45,780 nucleotides of DNA from Octopus bimaculoides (GCF_001194135.2 NC_068993.1:39379258-39425037); one strand, 5' to 3'. Shown: positions 11,249 to 23,890, numbered from the stretch's first letter. Notes: generated by a model not told the origin, from the letters alone. Program-made: numbers and translations.

Positions 11249-11794
11249 NNNNNNNNNNATATATATATATATATATATATAAGCATCCTTCAGTTTTCTG
11301 TAGTTTAATTTCCATTTACCAAATGGAAATTAAAAGCCTTGTGTTGACAGAGGCTGTGGTAGAAAATATTTGGCCAAAATGCAATGCATTTTGACCATAC
11401 GTTTGTAATGCTTGTATGTGTAGGTGTGAATACATATACGCAGATGCATATATTGATAGATAAACAGATACATTTGTTGATATATATTTTTTCTTTCTCA
11501 AAGGGCTATATTTATTATTATCTGTCTAGATATGACTTTGTACATGGGAGCATCTGTATGGTAAATATATATGAGTATTGTGATTACCTACTGTATTCTA
11601 TGAAATACAATTATAATGACATAAAAGGACTACTCTAACAATTAATGGTAAATTTCAAGGTGGGGCAGGCGATTTCATAATTGTGCTTTCTCATATTCTA
11701 GTCACGAAATATCATATTCATAAGTATGTGCATTACACACACACACACACACACACAAATATATAGTGTATGTGAATTTCAACTATAATGTATG

Positions 11795-11838
<44 letters not shown>

Positions 11839-12393
11839 TCTATATGTGTGTATGTATATATGCTATATATGTATGTATGTGTCTGTGAACGAACATAGGT
11901 CCACTAGCTCACACATGTGTATATATATGTGTATATTAACATTATTTTCAGAATGTCAAATCAAACAGGCAAAAATGAATTCTCCAGTTATATCAACACC
12001 ATACAAAGTTGAAGGGGTCGAGTGAGAGAAGGAGTGATAAAGAGAGAGAGCACAGTATGAAGAACAACAAATGTGAAGAACGAAACAGGAGTTAGAGAGA
12101 ACACAAAAAAGTACAAATTAAGATGACAATAGATTTTTAAATAAACAGTGTCAGCCTACAGCTATAACCTTTTGTTTTAAGGTTTTCCATTACACATATG
12201 TTTGTCTATGGTTTCCAATGGGTGGAGTACTATTGTTGCAAACCCTAACTGAAGAGCCCACTTCATTGCCTTGTGAAGCAAAGAGAAAGACCAGAAACTC
12301 AGTTATCAACACTACCCAACCCTTCCTAACTGTTAATTATTATTTTTGTTGTTGTTGTCGTTGTTGTTATTGTTATTATTATTATTATTATCC

Positions 12394-12426
<33 letters not shown>

Positions 12427-12640
12427 GGGTGGCCAGCTGGCAGAATCATTAGCCCACTCGACGAAATCCTTAGTAGTATTTCGCCCGCCACTACATCCTG
12501 AGTTCAAATTCCACTGAGGTCGACTTTTCCTTTCATCCTTTCGGGGTTGATAAATTAAGTATCAGAGAAATTCTAGGATCAATGCAATCGACAAGTCCCT
12601 TCCCCTAAAACTTCAGGCCTTGTGCCTATAATAGAAAAGA
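12427..12640 (+). mobile_element. SINE family A
   Basis: GCTGGCAGAATCATTAG...GAGTTCAAATTCC...GGCCTTGTGCCTATAATAGAAAAG followed by an (ATT)n tail. Confidence 0.9.
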
Positions 12641-12696
12641 TTATTATTATCATTATTATTATTATTATTATCATCATCATCATCATTATCTTTATC

Positions 12697-12880
12697 GGTG
12701 ACACGTAAAAGCACCCACTACACTCTCTGAGTGGTTGGCGTTAGGAAGGGCATCCAGCTATAGAAACTCTGCCAAATCGGACTGGAGCCTGGTGTTGCCA
12801 TCCGGTTTCCCCAGTCCTCAGTCAAATCGTCCAACCCATGCTAGCATGGAAAGCGGACGTTAAACGATGATGATGATGAT
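12697..12880 (+). mobile_element. Retroposon family D with (GAT)n tail
   Basis: GGTTGGCGTTAGGAAGGGCATCCAGC...CCAACCCATGCTAGCATGGAAAGCGGACGTTAAAC(GAT)n; nearly identical to 35298-35468. Confidence 0.9.
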
Positions 12881-12881
12881 T

Positions 12882-13095
12882 AAGGCAGCGAACTGGCAGA
12901 ATCATTAATACACCAGGCAAAATGCTTAGTGACATTTCAGCTGTCTTTATGTTCTGAGTTCCAATTCTGCCGAGGTCACCTTTGCTTTTCATCCTTCTAA
13001 GGGGGAGGGGGGGGCGATAAAACAAGTACCAGTTAAACAATGGGGTTGATGCAATTGAGTTACCTCTTCCCCAAAAATTGCTGTCCTTATGTATC
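12882..13095 (+). mobile_element. SINE family A
   Basis: GGCAGCGAACTGGCAGAATC...GAGTTCCAATTC, starting directly in the (GAT)n tail of family D. Confidence 0.85.
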
Positions 13096-13104
13096 ATTAT
13101 TATT

Positions 13105-13141
<37 letters not shown>

Positions 13142-13151
13142 GCTGCTGCTG

Positions 13152-13323
13152 CTTAGTGAGATTTCTTAAGACTCTTTAGACTGAGTTCAAATACTGTCAA
13201 GTTCTACCTTGCCTCTCATCCTTTCAAGCTTAACAAAATAAAGTACCAATCAAGTACAAGGGTTGACGTAACTGACTTGCCCACTCCCCCCAAATTTCAG
13301 GCCTTGTACCTTTAGTGGAAAGG

Positions 13324-13325
<2 letters not shown>
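13152..13325 (+). mobile_element. SINE family A, 5'-truncated
   Basis: CTGAGTTCAAATAC...GGCCTTGTACCTTTAGTGGAAAGG(ATT)n. Confidence 0.8.
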
Positions 13326-13359
<34 letters not shown>

Positions 13360-13737
13360 GGGTGAGAGAGTAACACATGCCTTCAAAGCGACACAGGGGT
13401 ACAAATATATGAAGCCCAAAATACCTATCCTGACTGCCTGTCTGATANNNNNNNNNNNNNNNNNNNACATGGTGATCTCATGCCAAGATAAACAGCGTAT
13501 GATCTTGCAGGTGGGGGCTTAGTTAGAATTTTCTTCAGGTCGATTAGCCCAACCCACTCAAAAGGTTCCTGAATAAGTTTTTCTTTAGGGATGTCGAACG
13601 AAACACCCATGTTTCCAGAAGTGAGTTATTCAAATTCCAAAGAATCTCTCTCAGCACATGGCTATGATGCTCCCCCACTACTTCTGCTCATGATCAGAGA
13701 TGCACACATCATTAGCCACCAAGGGACTTGCTCAACT
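13360..13737 (-). mobile_element. Dispersed repeat family E
   Basis: Reverse complement of 9964-10332; interrupted by a short N gap. Confidence 0.8.
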
Positions 13738-13762
13738 AATTATGGTCAACTAAATAGAAGTA

Positions 13763-13964
13763 CATCATCATCATCATCATCATCATCAGTTAATACCTGT
13801 TTCTCATGCTAGTATGTGTTGGATGGTTTGACTAGAGCTGGCAAGCCAGAGAACTACATCAGGCTCCATTGTGTATTCAGGCATGATTTTTGTGTCTGGA
13901 TGCCTTTCCTAATGCCAACCACTTTACAGAGTGCACTCAGTACTTTTCATGTGGCACCTGCACA
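13763..13964 (-). mobile_element. Retroposon family D
   Basis: (CAT)n then CATGCTAGTATGTGTTGGATGG...GGATGCCTTTCCTAATGCCAACC. Confidence 0.85.
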
Positions 13965-14790
13965 TTGTATGTGTATGTGTATCTCTGTCACCTCACCATC
14001 GCATTTACAACCGGTGCTGGTTTGTTTGTGTCCCTATAATGTACAGTTCAGCAAAACAAAACTGATAAACCAAGTTCCGGTGCTCTGATCGATTTAGTCC
14101 ACTAAACTCATCAAGGTTATGCCCAGCATGATTGCAGTTCAAAGGCTGAAACAAGTAAAAAAAAAAAAAACCCCAGAAATAGGAATAATTAACATATCAA
14201 TCATCTTTGTTGTTGATAACCAGCAGCTAGTTTTGTAATTTGGTTTGTTGTTGCAAAACACAATTGCTGAGAATCAAATTGTTTTATTCAGTTACAAACA
14301 TCAACACAAACCATTTTTTTAATTGAAATTTCTGGATGTCACCTTTCAACAAAAATAACATCATGAGGATCCCAGCCTGAGGAATACTATAATGTAATTT
14401 GTGCACAAAACAGAAGAACTAAGGACTTAATTGCCAGAGGCCATTATTGGGTTACAAAATGAAACAGCAGAGATGATCTTTGAATATCAAGGCTCATCTG
14501 AAGTATGGTTACAATGGCAATATGAAGCTTCTTTTTACTGTGGAATGAAACCAAACTACTTTTTTCTATTATTAATTTTCATCAACCTGCTGTGGCCCAA
14601 ATTTGACGAAGAACAGAAATTGAGTTTGAAGAAGCAAGAAAATATTGGAAATGGTTCAAGAATTAAGAACTACACCAAAAATTAAAAGTAAAAGCAAAGT
14701 TGATCAGTATAATATAAATTAGTTCCAGGATTTACTGATCTATTTTCAGATCAGTGACAACCCTGTGTTTTTAGGGGGGGGGTGTAAATA

Positions 14791-15715
14791 TATTCTTTTA
14801 TTCTTTTACTTGTTTCAGTCATTAGACTGTGGCCATGCTGGAGCACCACCTTTAGTTGAACAAATCAACCCCAGAACTTATTCTTTGTAAGCCTACTGCT
14901 TATACTATCAGTCTCTTTTGCTGAACCGCTAAGTTATGGGGTTATAAACACACCAACATCGGTTGTCAGGCATTGGTGTGAGATAAACACAGACACACAA
15001 ACACACACACGCACATATACACACACACACACATACACTCACATATTTATATACAATGGNNNNNNNNNNNNNNNNNNNNNNNNNNNNNNNNNNNNNNNNN
15101 NNNNNNNNNNNNNNNNNNNNNNNNNNNNNNNNNNNNNNNNNNNNNNNNNNNNNNNNNNNNNNNNNNNNNNNNNNNNNNNNNNNNNNNNNNNNNNNNNNNN
15201 NNNNNNNNNNNNNNNNNNNNNNNNNNNNNNNNNNNNNNNNNNNNNNNNNNNNNNNNNNNNNNNNNNNNNNNNNNNNNNNNNNNNNNNNNNNNNNNNNNNN
15301 NNNNNNNNNNNNNNNNNNNNNNNNNNNNNNNNNNNNNNNNNNNNNNNNNNNNNNNNNNNNNNNNNNNNNNNNNNNNNNNNNNNNNNNNNNNNNNNNNNNN
15401 NNNNNNNNNNNNNNNNNNNNNNNNNNNNNNNNNNNNNNNNNNNNNNNNNNNNNNNNNNNNNNNNNNNNNNNNNNNNNNNNNNNNNNNNNNNNNNNNNNNN
15501 NNNNNNNNNNNNNNNNNNNNNNNNNNNNNNNNNNNNNNNNNNNNNNNNNNNNNNNNNNNNNNNNNNNNNNNNNNNNNNNNNNNNNNNNNNNNNNNNNNNN
15601 NNNNNNNNNNNNNNNNNNNNNNNNNNNNNNNNNNNNNNNNNNNNNNNNNNNNNNNNNNNNNNNNNNNNNNNNNNNNNNNNNNNNNNNNNNNNNNNNNNNN
15701 NNNNNNNNNNNNNNN

Positions 15716-15753
<38 letters not shown>

Positions 15754-15916
15754 GAAAGGCTTCTTTCAGTTTCTGTCTACCAAATCCACTCACAGAACTT
15801 TGGTCAGCCCGAGGCTATAATAGAAGAGACTTGTTCAGGATGCCATGTAGTGGGACTGAACCCAGAGCTATGTGTTTGGGAAGCAAGCTTCATATCACAC
15901 AGCCACATCTGTGCCT
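14791..15916 (-). mobile_element. SINE family B spanning an assembly gap in its internal microsatellite
   Basis: The tail half lies at 14791-15050 and the head half at ~15755-15916, in register on either side of the N run. Confidence 0.85.
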
Positions 15917-16588
15917 GATTTGCAGAAAATGATTCACTGACATTTTCCCAAACTTTGGCTGACAGATATGTCCTCTCCTCTCAACCACTTTTAGTGATAG
16001 TGATAGCACTATTACAAGAGTCTCTGCTCTTTGGAGTTGCCAAAGTCGAATTCAATATGATTTGAACCCATAAGCTAACTAAATGCTATGGATCATGCTA
16101 TCAGATGGCGGAAGACTTATTTTCAAAAGTGATTTTGGTGACTGTTTGTGTTATCAAAAAGTATTTGCAAGAACGTATAGCAAAGTATAGTTAAGGAATT
16201 ATAATAATTACATTTATTTTAGAAACAAGATCAACACTGAACTGATTCCAGTGTTTGCTTCTACTAAATAAAAGTCACAAACACAAAAACATAACATATA
16301 ATACACAATATACTCTGTCTGTCTATCAGTCTGTCTCTGTTTCTCTGCCCCATTCTGTCTGTCTGTCTGTCTCTGCTTGTCCCTTTCAGTCTGTCTGTCT
16401 GTTACATACACATGTATGCACACTCATGTCTGTGAATAAATCTCTGGTGGTAAAGTTATTATCAGACCCATCCAGTACATACTGGCCTAGAAAATGAACC
16501 TGAAGTTAATTTATTCATGCATACATTCACATACAGTTACACACATGCACACATACATACATACATACATACATACATTTATACACAC

Positions 16589-16620
<32 letters not shown>

Positions 16621-18258
16621 NNNNNNNNNNNNNNNNNNNNNNNNNNNNNNNNNNNNNNNNNNNNNNNNNNNNNNNNNNNNNNNNNNNNNNNNNNNNNNNN
16701 NNNNNNNNNNNNNNNNNNNNNNNNNNNNNNNNNNNNNNNNNNNNNNNNNNNNNNNNNNNNNNNNNNNNNNNNNNNNNNNNNNNNNNNNNNNNNNNNNNNN
16801 NNNNNNNNNNNNNNNNNNNNNNNNNNNNNNNNNNNNNNNNNNNNNNNNNNNNNNNNNNNNNNNNNNNNNNNNNNNNNNNNNNNNNNNNNNNNNNNNNNNN
16901 NNNNNNNNNNNNNNNNNNNNNNNNNNNNNNNNNNNNNNATAATAGCTAAACAAATGACTATATAAAAGGCAATGCAATTATTGAGGCATTTCCTGAATAT
17001 ATATACACACATATATATGCATATATACACATACACATACACACATATATGCATATGCACACACATACACTAACACTTACATTTCTTGTTGTTTTTCTAA
17101 TTTCTATTCATTTTTCTTATTAATAATATTTTCCTTCCACACACATTAAATTTACAATAATATTTTATTGAATATACAATATTCCTATTTAATATTTTTC
17201 TTAACTTTCTCAAATATCTTTATCTTTTTTTTTTATAAATAAATAAATAAATAAATATAAATCACCAAGCTTAGTAATTTCTCATGTGGAATTATACATA
17301 TATACATACATACATACATACGTACGTACGTACATACATACTTACATAGATATATATAAGCGTGTATTACAGCTTAATTATATAATTATAATTGAATATC
17401 AACATCAACGACAAAACATTTAGAAAAAAGATAAAGCAATAATAATAATAATAATAATAATAATAGCGATAATAATAATAATAATCATAATCATAATGGA
17501 CCATGGATAAAAACGAACAAGAAATATGTGATATATTTATTGTTACTGGTATATTTCTCAATATTTTCAATGATTATTTATGGCTATTATCAAAGTCATA
17601 TGTGACATTATTACTGTTTCTTCATTGCTACATATATTATTTAAATATGCTGCTATAAAACTTTAACTACAATCTTCTCATATCGGGCTTTATTCAAATG
17701 AAATAATTATTATTTTTGCATCAAAGCTGGTTCCCTAAGCATCTCTCGCGAAATTTATGGCGGTATCTAATTTTATCTTAACCGATTCATCTCTAAGTAT
17801 ATACAAATATTAAAACTGATGATGATGGCGATGATGATAAAGAGGAGGAGGAGGAGGAAGATGATGATAAAACGTTTGTATGCATATGCAAGCTGAGATA
17901 TGTATACAATGACATAAATATACTCATATGATCTCACATGCACACAAAAGTTACACATAGGTGCACATTTATGCATACATGTATAAAATCATAAGAACTC
18001 GTCTTGAAATACAGATATACTCATGCACATGTGTGTGCTTGTGTATGTGTGTGTGTGTGTGTGTGAGTGTGTGCGTGCTTGGATATTCAGCAAATGTAAT
18101 ATGCCTATATGAATACGCATGCACAAATGTATGTGTGTGCATGTGTTTATGCGTGTATATGAATATACGGGTATATGTGTATGTATATATACCTATATGT
18201 ATATGTATAAGCATATATATACATATATATATGCATATGTATAAGCATATATGTAGGT

Positions 18259-18312
<54 letters not shown>

Positions 18313-18558
18313 NNNNNNNNNNTGTGTATATGAATTCACACATATATATATATATATATACACCAGATTATTGATATATAATACATATACACCCACACAC
18401 CTTTAGAGAAATAAGAAATTTGAGAGCATATATGAAAGCACTCATATATTCACACTCATACACACACACGCACACACATTCACACGCACAGAAAAATACA
18501 TAGACCGGCAAAGATAGATATAGATGATAAATATGTGCACACACATATACATAATACA

Positions 18559-18602
<44 letters not shown>

Positions 18603-18898
18603 GTGATAATGTGTGTATGTATGAATATATATATATGTATGTGTGCATTTGTATAGCAAAGCTTTATTAAGACGCATAGCAATTCATTCAGGTGCAGAGA
18701 TTAAAATCTCGTCTGTATAACAAGTGATACGATGTTTATGACTATCACATGACAACAAATTCATATTAATATCCAGCCAAGACATTTTCACTGCCCCTGC
18801 CCCTCACACAATTTTCTTCTCTATTTTACCTCCCCGTAACATTGCATTCAAAATGCAAGCATAAATATCATATCTGTGTGCATAACATATATTATTTC

Positions 18899-18937
<39 letters not shown>

Positions 18938-19035
18938 GTATAATACACACACACACACACACACACACATACATGTATATATATATATTTACACACATAC
19001 ACACTCATATATATATACTTAAACTCATGTATATA

Positions 19036-19093
<58 letters not shown>

Positions 19094-19471
19094 AATACGT
19101 GTGTCTGTAATGCATAGTCAGGTAGAATGTGAACCAAGGAAATTACTAACCAAAATATGGTTATTAGTCACATTAATTACAAAATTATTCGTGTGGGAGT
19201 GAAACTGATATAGGTATAAAGCAAAACCTCCCACACAGACACACACACACATACACACACACATATAAGCGAGTTACAAGTGCACACATTCTCTTAGACA
19301 CCCTCATGCATCTAGCTATAAGCATGGTTATGTGGTTAAGATGTTTGGTTTGAAACCATAATTTAATTGTAGGTTCAAACTCACTGCTTTCATCTACCCC
19401 AGTTTCATTCCAATGTCTCATTGGATACCCTAAGGCTATTATGAATATTCCCTGACTTAGTGGAATCATGT

Positions 19472-19775
19472 GGAGGTGCAATGGCCCAGTGGTTAGGGCA
19501 GTGGACTTGCGGTTGGAGGATCACGGTTTCGATTCCCAAATCAGGCGTTGTGTGTGTTTATTGAGCGAAAACACCTAAGGCTCCACGAGGCTCCGACAGG
19601 GCATAGTGGTGACCCCTGTTTTACACTTTCGCCCCAACTTTCTCTCACTCTTTCTTCCTGTTTCTTGAGTAAAGCTGCAATGGATTGGAGTCCCGTCCAG
19701 CTAGTGGGGAACACACACACCATGGAAACCGGGAAACCGGCCCTATGCTCCACAAGAGGCTAAGAAGATTCCCAG
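19472..19775 (+). mobile_element. tRNA-derived SINE family C with 11-bp TSD
   Basis: A-box TGGCCCAGTGGTTAGG and B-box GGTTTCGATTCCC. TAGTGGAATCA is duplicated at 19458-19468 and 19776-19786. Confidence 0.9.
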
Positions 19776-19884
19776 TAGTGGAATCACATATGTATATATA
19801 TATGTATGCGCATACACACATATATGTATGCATACATATATGTAAGCATACTCACACATACACAGGTACATATAAATACATGTA

Positions 19885-20052
19885 TGTATGTGGCTGTGTA
19901 GCAAGATTCTTGCTGCCCAACCAAATGATTCAGAGTTCAGTCCCACAATAAGGCACCTTGAGACCTTAAGCAAGTATCTACTACTATAGCCTCAGGCTGA
20001 TCAAAGCCTTGTTAGTGGATTTGGTAGAAAGAAACTGAAAGAAGCCTGTCGT
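19885..20052 (+). mobile_element. SINE family B head
   Basis: TGGCTGTGTAGCAAG...AGTTCAGTCCC...GGATTTGGTAGAAAGAAACTGAAAGAAGCC. Confidence 0.85.
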
Positions 20053-20071
20053 ATGCATATATATCTATGTA

Positions 20072-20113
<42 letters not shown>

Positions 20114-20354
20114 NNNNNNNNNNNNNNNNNNNNNNNNNNNNNNNNNNNNNNNNNNNNNNNNNNNNNNNNNNNNNNNNNNNNNNNNNNNNNNNNNNNNNNN
20201 NTATACGTATGTATGTATATATATATATGTATATATATTTATATATAATAATATTAGGGACAAAATCCAAAATTACGATGAGTTCTTGAAACTTGGTTGT
20301 TTTCCCTAAAACTATATATATTTATATATATATATATACATATACATATCTCAT

Positions 20355-20580
20355 GTAAAAAGTACCATCCAAACATGGTCAATGCCAGTGCTCCCTGACT
20401 GGTTCCCATGCCAGTGGTATGTAAAAACCACTACACTCTCGGGGTGGTTGACATTAGGAAGGGCATCTAACTGTAGAAACTTTGCCAGATCAGATTGGAG
20501 CCTGGTGCAGCCCACTGGCTTGCAAGTCCTCAGTCAGACCGTCCAACCCATGCCAGCATGATGATGATGATGATGATGAT
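20355..20580 (+). mobile_element. Retroposon family D
   Basis: GGTTGACATTAGGAAGGGCATC...CCAACCCATGCCAGCAT(GAT)n. Confidence 0.85.
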
Positions 20581-20928
20581 ATATTCATGTGTGTGTGTAT
20601 GTGTGTTTCTCAACAATTTGGACTAACAGAACAAGTATGAAACTTCAAAAAATTAAGTCCTGAGGTTAATTTACTCAAATAAAATCCTTCAAGGCAATGC
20701 CCCAGCATGGTCACTATCAAAATGACTGAAGTAAACAATAAAAAATAAAATTGTCTATCTGTCAATCAATCAATCAATCAATCACTCATTGGTATTATTT
20801 TGTCTCTCGAAGACAAATAGCAAAGAATTGATTTTGGCACAAATCAAACACAAAATGTAACTCAGTATTTCAAAATATTTTCATATCGCACTCTACCAAC
20901 TTTGCTCCTCACTGTTCCCATTAGTAAC

Positions 20929-21300
20929 CATTTCTAACTTACGTACAAGGCCTATAATGTTAACCCCTTGCAGACTGGAAACAGTATTGACCACATCAAA
21001 ATGCTATGTGTGTGAGCAGTGCGATGTCTCACTGTGTATGGTACCATGTTTTCATATATACCAAACTGAGAAGAGTCTGTAAATACACTGTGAAATTCCT
21101 TGTATGAAAAATTATGTAGTTACTGAATGGCCCTATACCGGTACACAGCACAGACTGTCAGTACTAAATTCATCTGCATGGGGTTAAGGGTAGTGGATTG
21201 GACAATAATATTGACCCCAGTGTTAACTGGTACTTTATTTTATCAACCTCTGAAAGATAAAAGACCAGGTTGACCTCAGCGGATTTTGAACTCAGAACAC
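20929..21300 (-). mobile_element. SINE family A interrupted by a piggyBac derivative
   Basis: The tail CATTTCTAACTTACGTACAAGGCC precedes 20960; the body GACCCCAGTG...TTTGAACTCAGAAC resumes after 21187. Confidence 0.75.
20964..21183 (+). mobile_element. 220-bp internally deleted piggyBac element retaining the transposase C-terminal cysteine-rich domain codons
   Basis: TTAA (20960-63) | CCCCTTGCAGA ... TCTGCATGGGG | TTAA (21184-87); TIRs match 10/11. 20978-21082 reads ETVLTTSKCYVCEQCDVSLCMVPCFHIYQTEKSL*, matching the piggyBac CRD pattern CxxCxVxLCxxPCFxxY. Confidence 0.85.
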
Positions 21301-21358
21301 CTATCATCAAGTATTTCCTCTGATACTGAAGATTTGTCAGTCTACCACATACTATAAT

Positions 21359-21563
21359 CCCTTCTACTAAAGGCACAAGGCCTGCAATTTGTGGGGAGAG
21401 GACTAGTTGATTTCATCGACCCTAGTGTTTCGCTGGTACTTAATTTATTGACCCTGAAAAGATGAAAGGCAAAGAAGACCTGGGCAGAATTTGAACTCAG
21501 AGCATAAGGACAAATGAAATGCCACGAAGCATTTTGCCTGGTGTGCTAATGATTCTGCCACCT
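21359..21563 (-). mobile_element. SINE family A
   Basis: Full reverse-complement match including AATTTGAACTCAG and GCTAATGATTCTGCCA. Confidence 0.9.
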
Positions 21564-21603
21564 ACTAATAATAGTTTCTGAATATTAGGCATATTATAAT
21601 CAA

Positions 21604-21830
21604 TCCATCATCAACATATAACGTCCCTTTTTTCCATGCCTTCATGGTTCAGATAGAATTTGCTGAAGCAAAGATTTCCTACAGCTGGATGCCCTTCCTG
21701 TTACCAAACCTCACTTATGTCCATATAAGGTAATATTTCCCCATGGCCAAACATTTTTTCACAGGACACTGAAAGTGAACAACTTCACTACTATGATGCT
21801 GCTGCTCATTTGCAACCATCATGCGATGTC
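21604..21830 (-). mobile_element. Retroposon family D variant
   Basis: CTACAGCTGGATGCCCTTCCTGTTACCAAC is the reverse complement of the family D core. Confidence 0.7.
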
Positions 21831-21945
21831 TATACAAAGGTACATACTCACAAACACAGGTACATAGATTTATATATATGCATACACACACACACTCACT
21901 CACATACACACACACACACACACACATGCACACACACACACACAT

Positions 21946-22161
21946 CTTCTATCTTTTGCTTGTTTCTGTCATTAGACTGCGACCATGCTGGGGCACTGTC
22001 TTGGAGAACTTCTAAGTCACATGAATCGACTCCAGTACTTATTTTTTAAAAACCTGGTACTTATTCTATTGGTCTCTTTTGCCAAACCACTAAGTTATGG
22101 GCATGCAAGCACACCAGAACCAGTTGTCAAGCAGTGGTGGTAGAGAAACAGAGACACAAAG

Positions 22162-22192
<31 letters not shown>

Positions 22193-22345
22193 CATTTACA
22201 CACATATATGATAGGCTTCTTTCAGTTTCCATCTACCAAATCCACTCACAAGGTTTTGGTCAGCCTGGGACTATAGTACAAGACACTCGCCCAAGGTGCC
22301 ATGCTGTGGAACTGAACCTGGAACTGTGTGGTTGGGGAACAAGCT
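21946..22345 (-). mobile_element. SINE family B, full length
   Basis: Colinear with 8590-8978. Confidence 0.9.
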
Positions 22346-22899
22346 TATATATGCCGAATAGGCTTCTTTCACAAGCTTATATATGCCGAATAGGCTTCTT
22401 TCACCTAATCAACTCACAAAGCTTTAGTTGAAGTGGGGCTTCTAGTAGAAGACACTCGTCTCAGGTACCATGCTATAGGACTGAACCCCCAAACTCATTG
22501 TCATCGACTTCAGTACTTGAGTGTTATTTTTCTGTTTCATTGACCATAGAGGGTTGAAAAGCAAAGTTGATCTCAGCAGGATTTGAAATCAGAATGAAAA
22601 AATATTACTGAGGATTTTGTCCCCTGTTCTAACCATTCAGCCAATCTTCCAGTCTGTTGCTAATAATGACAATGGTAACACTCTTTGGTAGCAGAATATT
22701 TGTTATTATTTTTCTATTTCCCAGTTTTTTTTACTCAGTGAAACATTAGCTGGAGAATAAGAAAGCAATAAACAATTTCTAATTGCTTTTTAATTCCACA
22801 CACAAAGCTATAAATGTTCAAGTTGAAATATCCACTCAGAAACCTTACCAGGGTACATATCACATATTTGCTGATATTAGGGGGTGCATAGCACTAGGG

Positions 22900-23275
22900 T
22901 AAGTAGTGCTGGCTGTAGAAGTGGTGGTGCTGGAGGTAGAGATGTTTTTGCTGTTGTTGGTTGTGGTGGTGATGCTTATAATGGTTGGCAGTGGAGGTGG
23001 CGAAGGTATAGTTGGTGATAGTGGTTTTTGTAATGGTGGTAGTGGCACTGGCAGGTGGTAGTGAAGGTAGTGGTAGTGGTGGTGATGGTGAAAGTAGTAG
23101 TAGTGTTGGTGGTGAAGGTAGTAGTGGTGGTTGTGGTGGTAAAGGTAGTAGTGCTGTTGCTGGTTGTGGTGGTTGTGGTGGTAAAGGTAGTAGTGCTGTT
23201 ACTGGTTGTGGTGGTGATGGGAGGTGGTTCTAGAATGGTAGAGGTGACAGTGGCAATGGTGGTGCTAAGTTATTA
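22900..23275. repeat. GGT/AGT/GCT cryptic trinucleotide low-complexity repeat
   Basis: Direct reading, e.g. repeated GGTGGTAAAGGTAGTAGTGCTGTT; source of the G/S/V-rich ORFs. Confidence 0.85.
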
Positions 23276-23727
23276 GAAAGAAGCAAGGGCTTTCTAAATA
23301 CAGCTTAACACATACATTCGCTTAGTAATTTTGGGTTTCAGGTTAACTAACTATTTCTTTAACGAAGGCCAAAATCCTATCTGCTCATATTATGAGCAAA
23401 ATAGTCACACAGACACACAAATAAATTAATAAATGCATACATAAATAAATATAAAATATTTAGATGAGGTGAAACTTTATATGAGATTGCATGGCTTCAC
23501 CAGTTATATTCAAAATTATCAGATGATGGAATGACAGAGATAATTATATGATTGACTAAAGTGCTTTATAGCATTTTATATAAGAACTCTACATCCTGAG
23601 TTTTTATCCTACCTTAAGAGACATTATATTCATATTCTTCTAATACCAGTGAACAAAATATCAGGAATGTACTGGGCTTGATTTAATCTTCTATTACTTG
23701 TATGTATATATATACAAATTATATATG

Positions 23728-23890
23728 TAAGCATGGGTGTGGCTGTGTGGTTAAGAAGATCTCTTTGCAGATATGTGGTTTGGGGTTCAGTCTCACTGAA
23801 TGGTATCTTGAGCAAATATCTTCTATAATTCCAGATCAACTAATGCCTTGTTAGTGAATTTGGTTGACAAAACCTGTATGGAAGCCTCTC
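23728..23890 (+). mobile_element. SINE family B head
   Basis: GGTGTGGCTGTGTGGTTAAG...GGGTTCAGTCTCACTG...GAATTTGGTTGAC. Confidence 0.8.

Noticed and set aside
12249-12305. CTGAAGA...GAAAC hammerhead-like pair
   Set aside because: Stem II does not close next to GAAAC, and no U-H triplet is in register with a stem I.
14431-14685. 84-aa plus-strand ORF in unique sequence
   Set aside because: Non-ATG start, no motif and no clear splice boundaries; cannot be distinguished from chance or decayed TE.
19472-19545. tRNA-like heads of SINE families A, B, C and F as tRNA genes
   Set aside because: They continue into shared SINE bodies with no poly-T terminator and have imperfect cloverleaves.
23012-23276. 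Gly/Ser/Cys-rich ORF resembling a structural protein
   Set aside because: All frames translate a GGT/AGT repeat; there are no splice signals or non-repetitive coding flanks.
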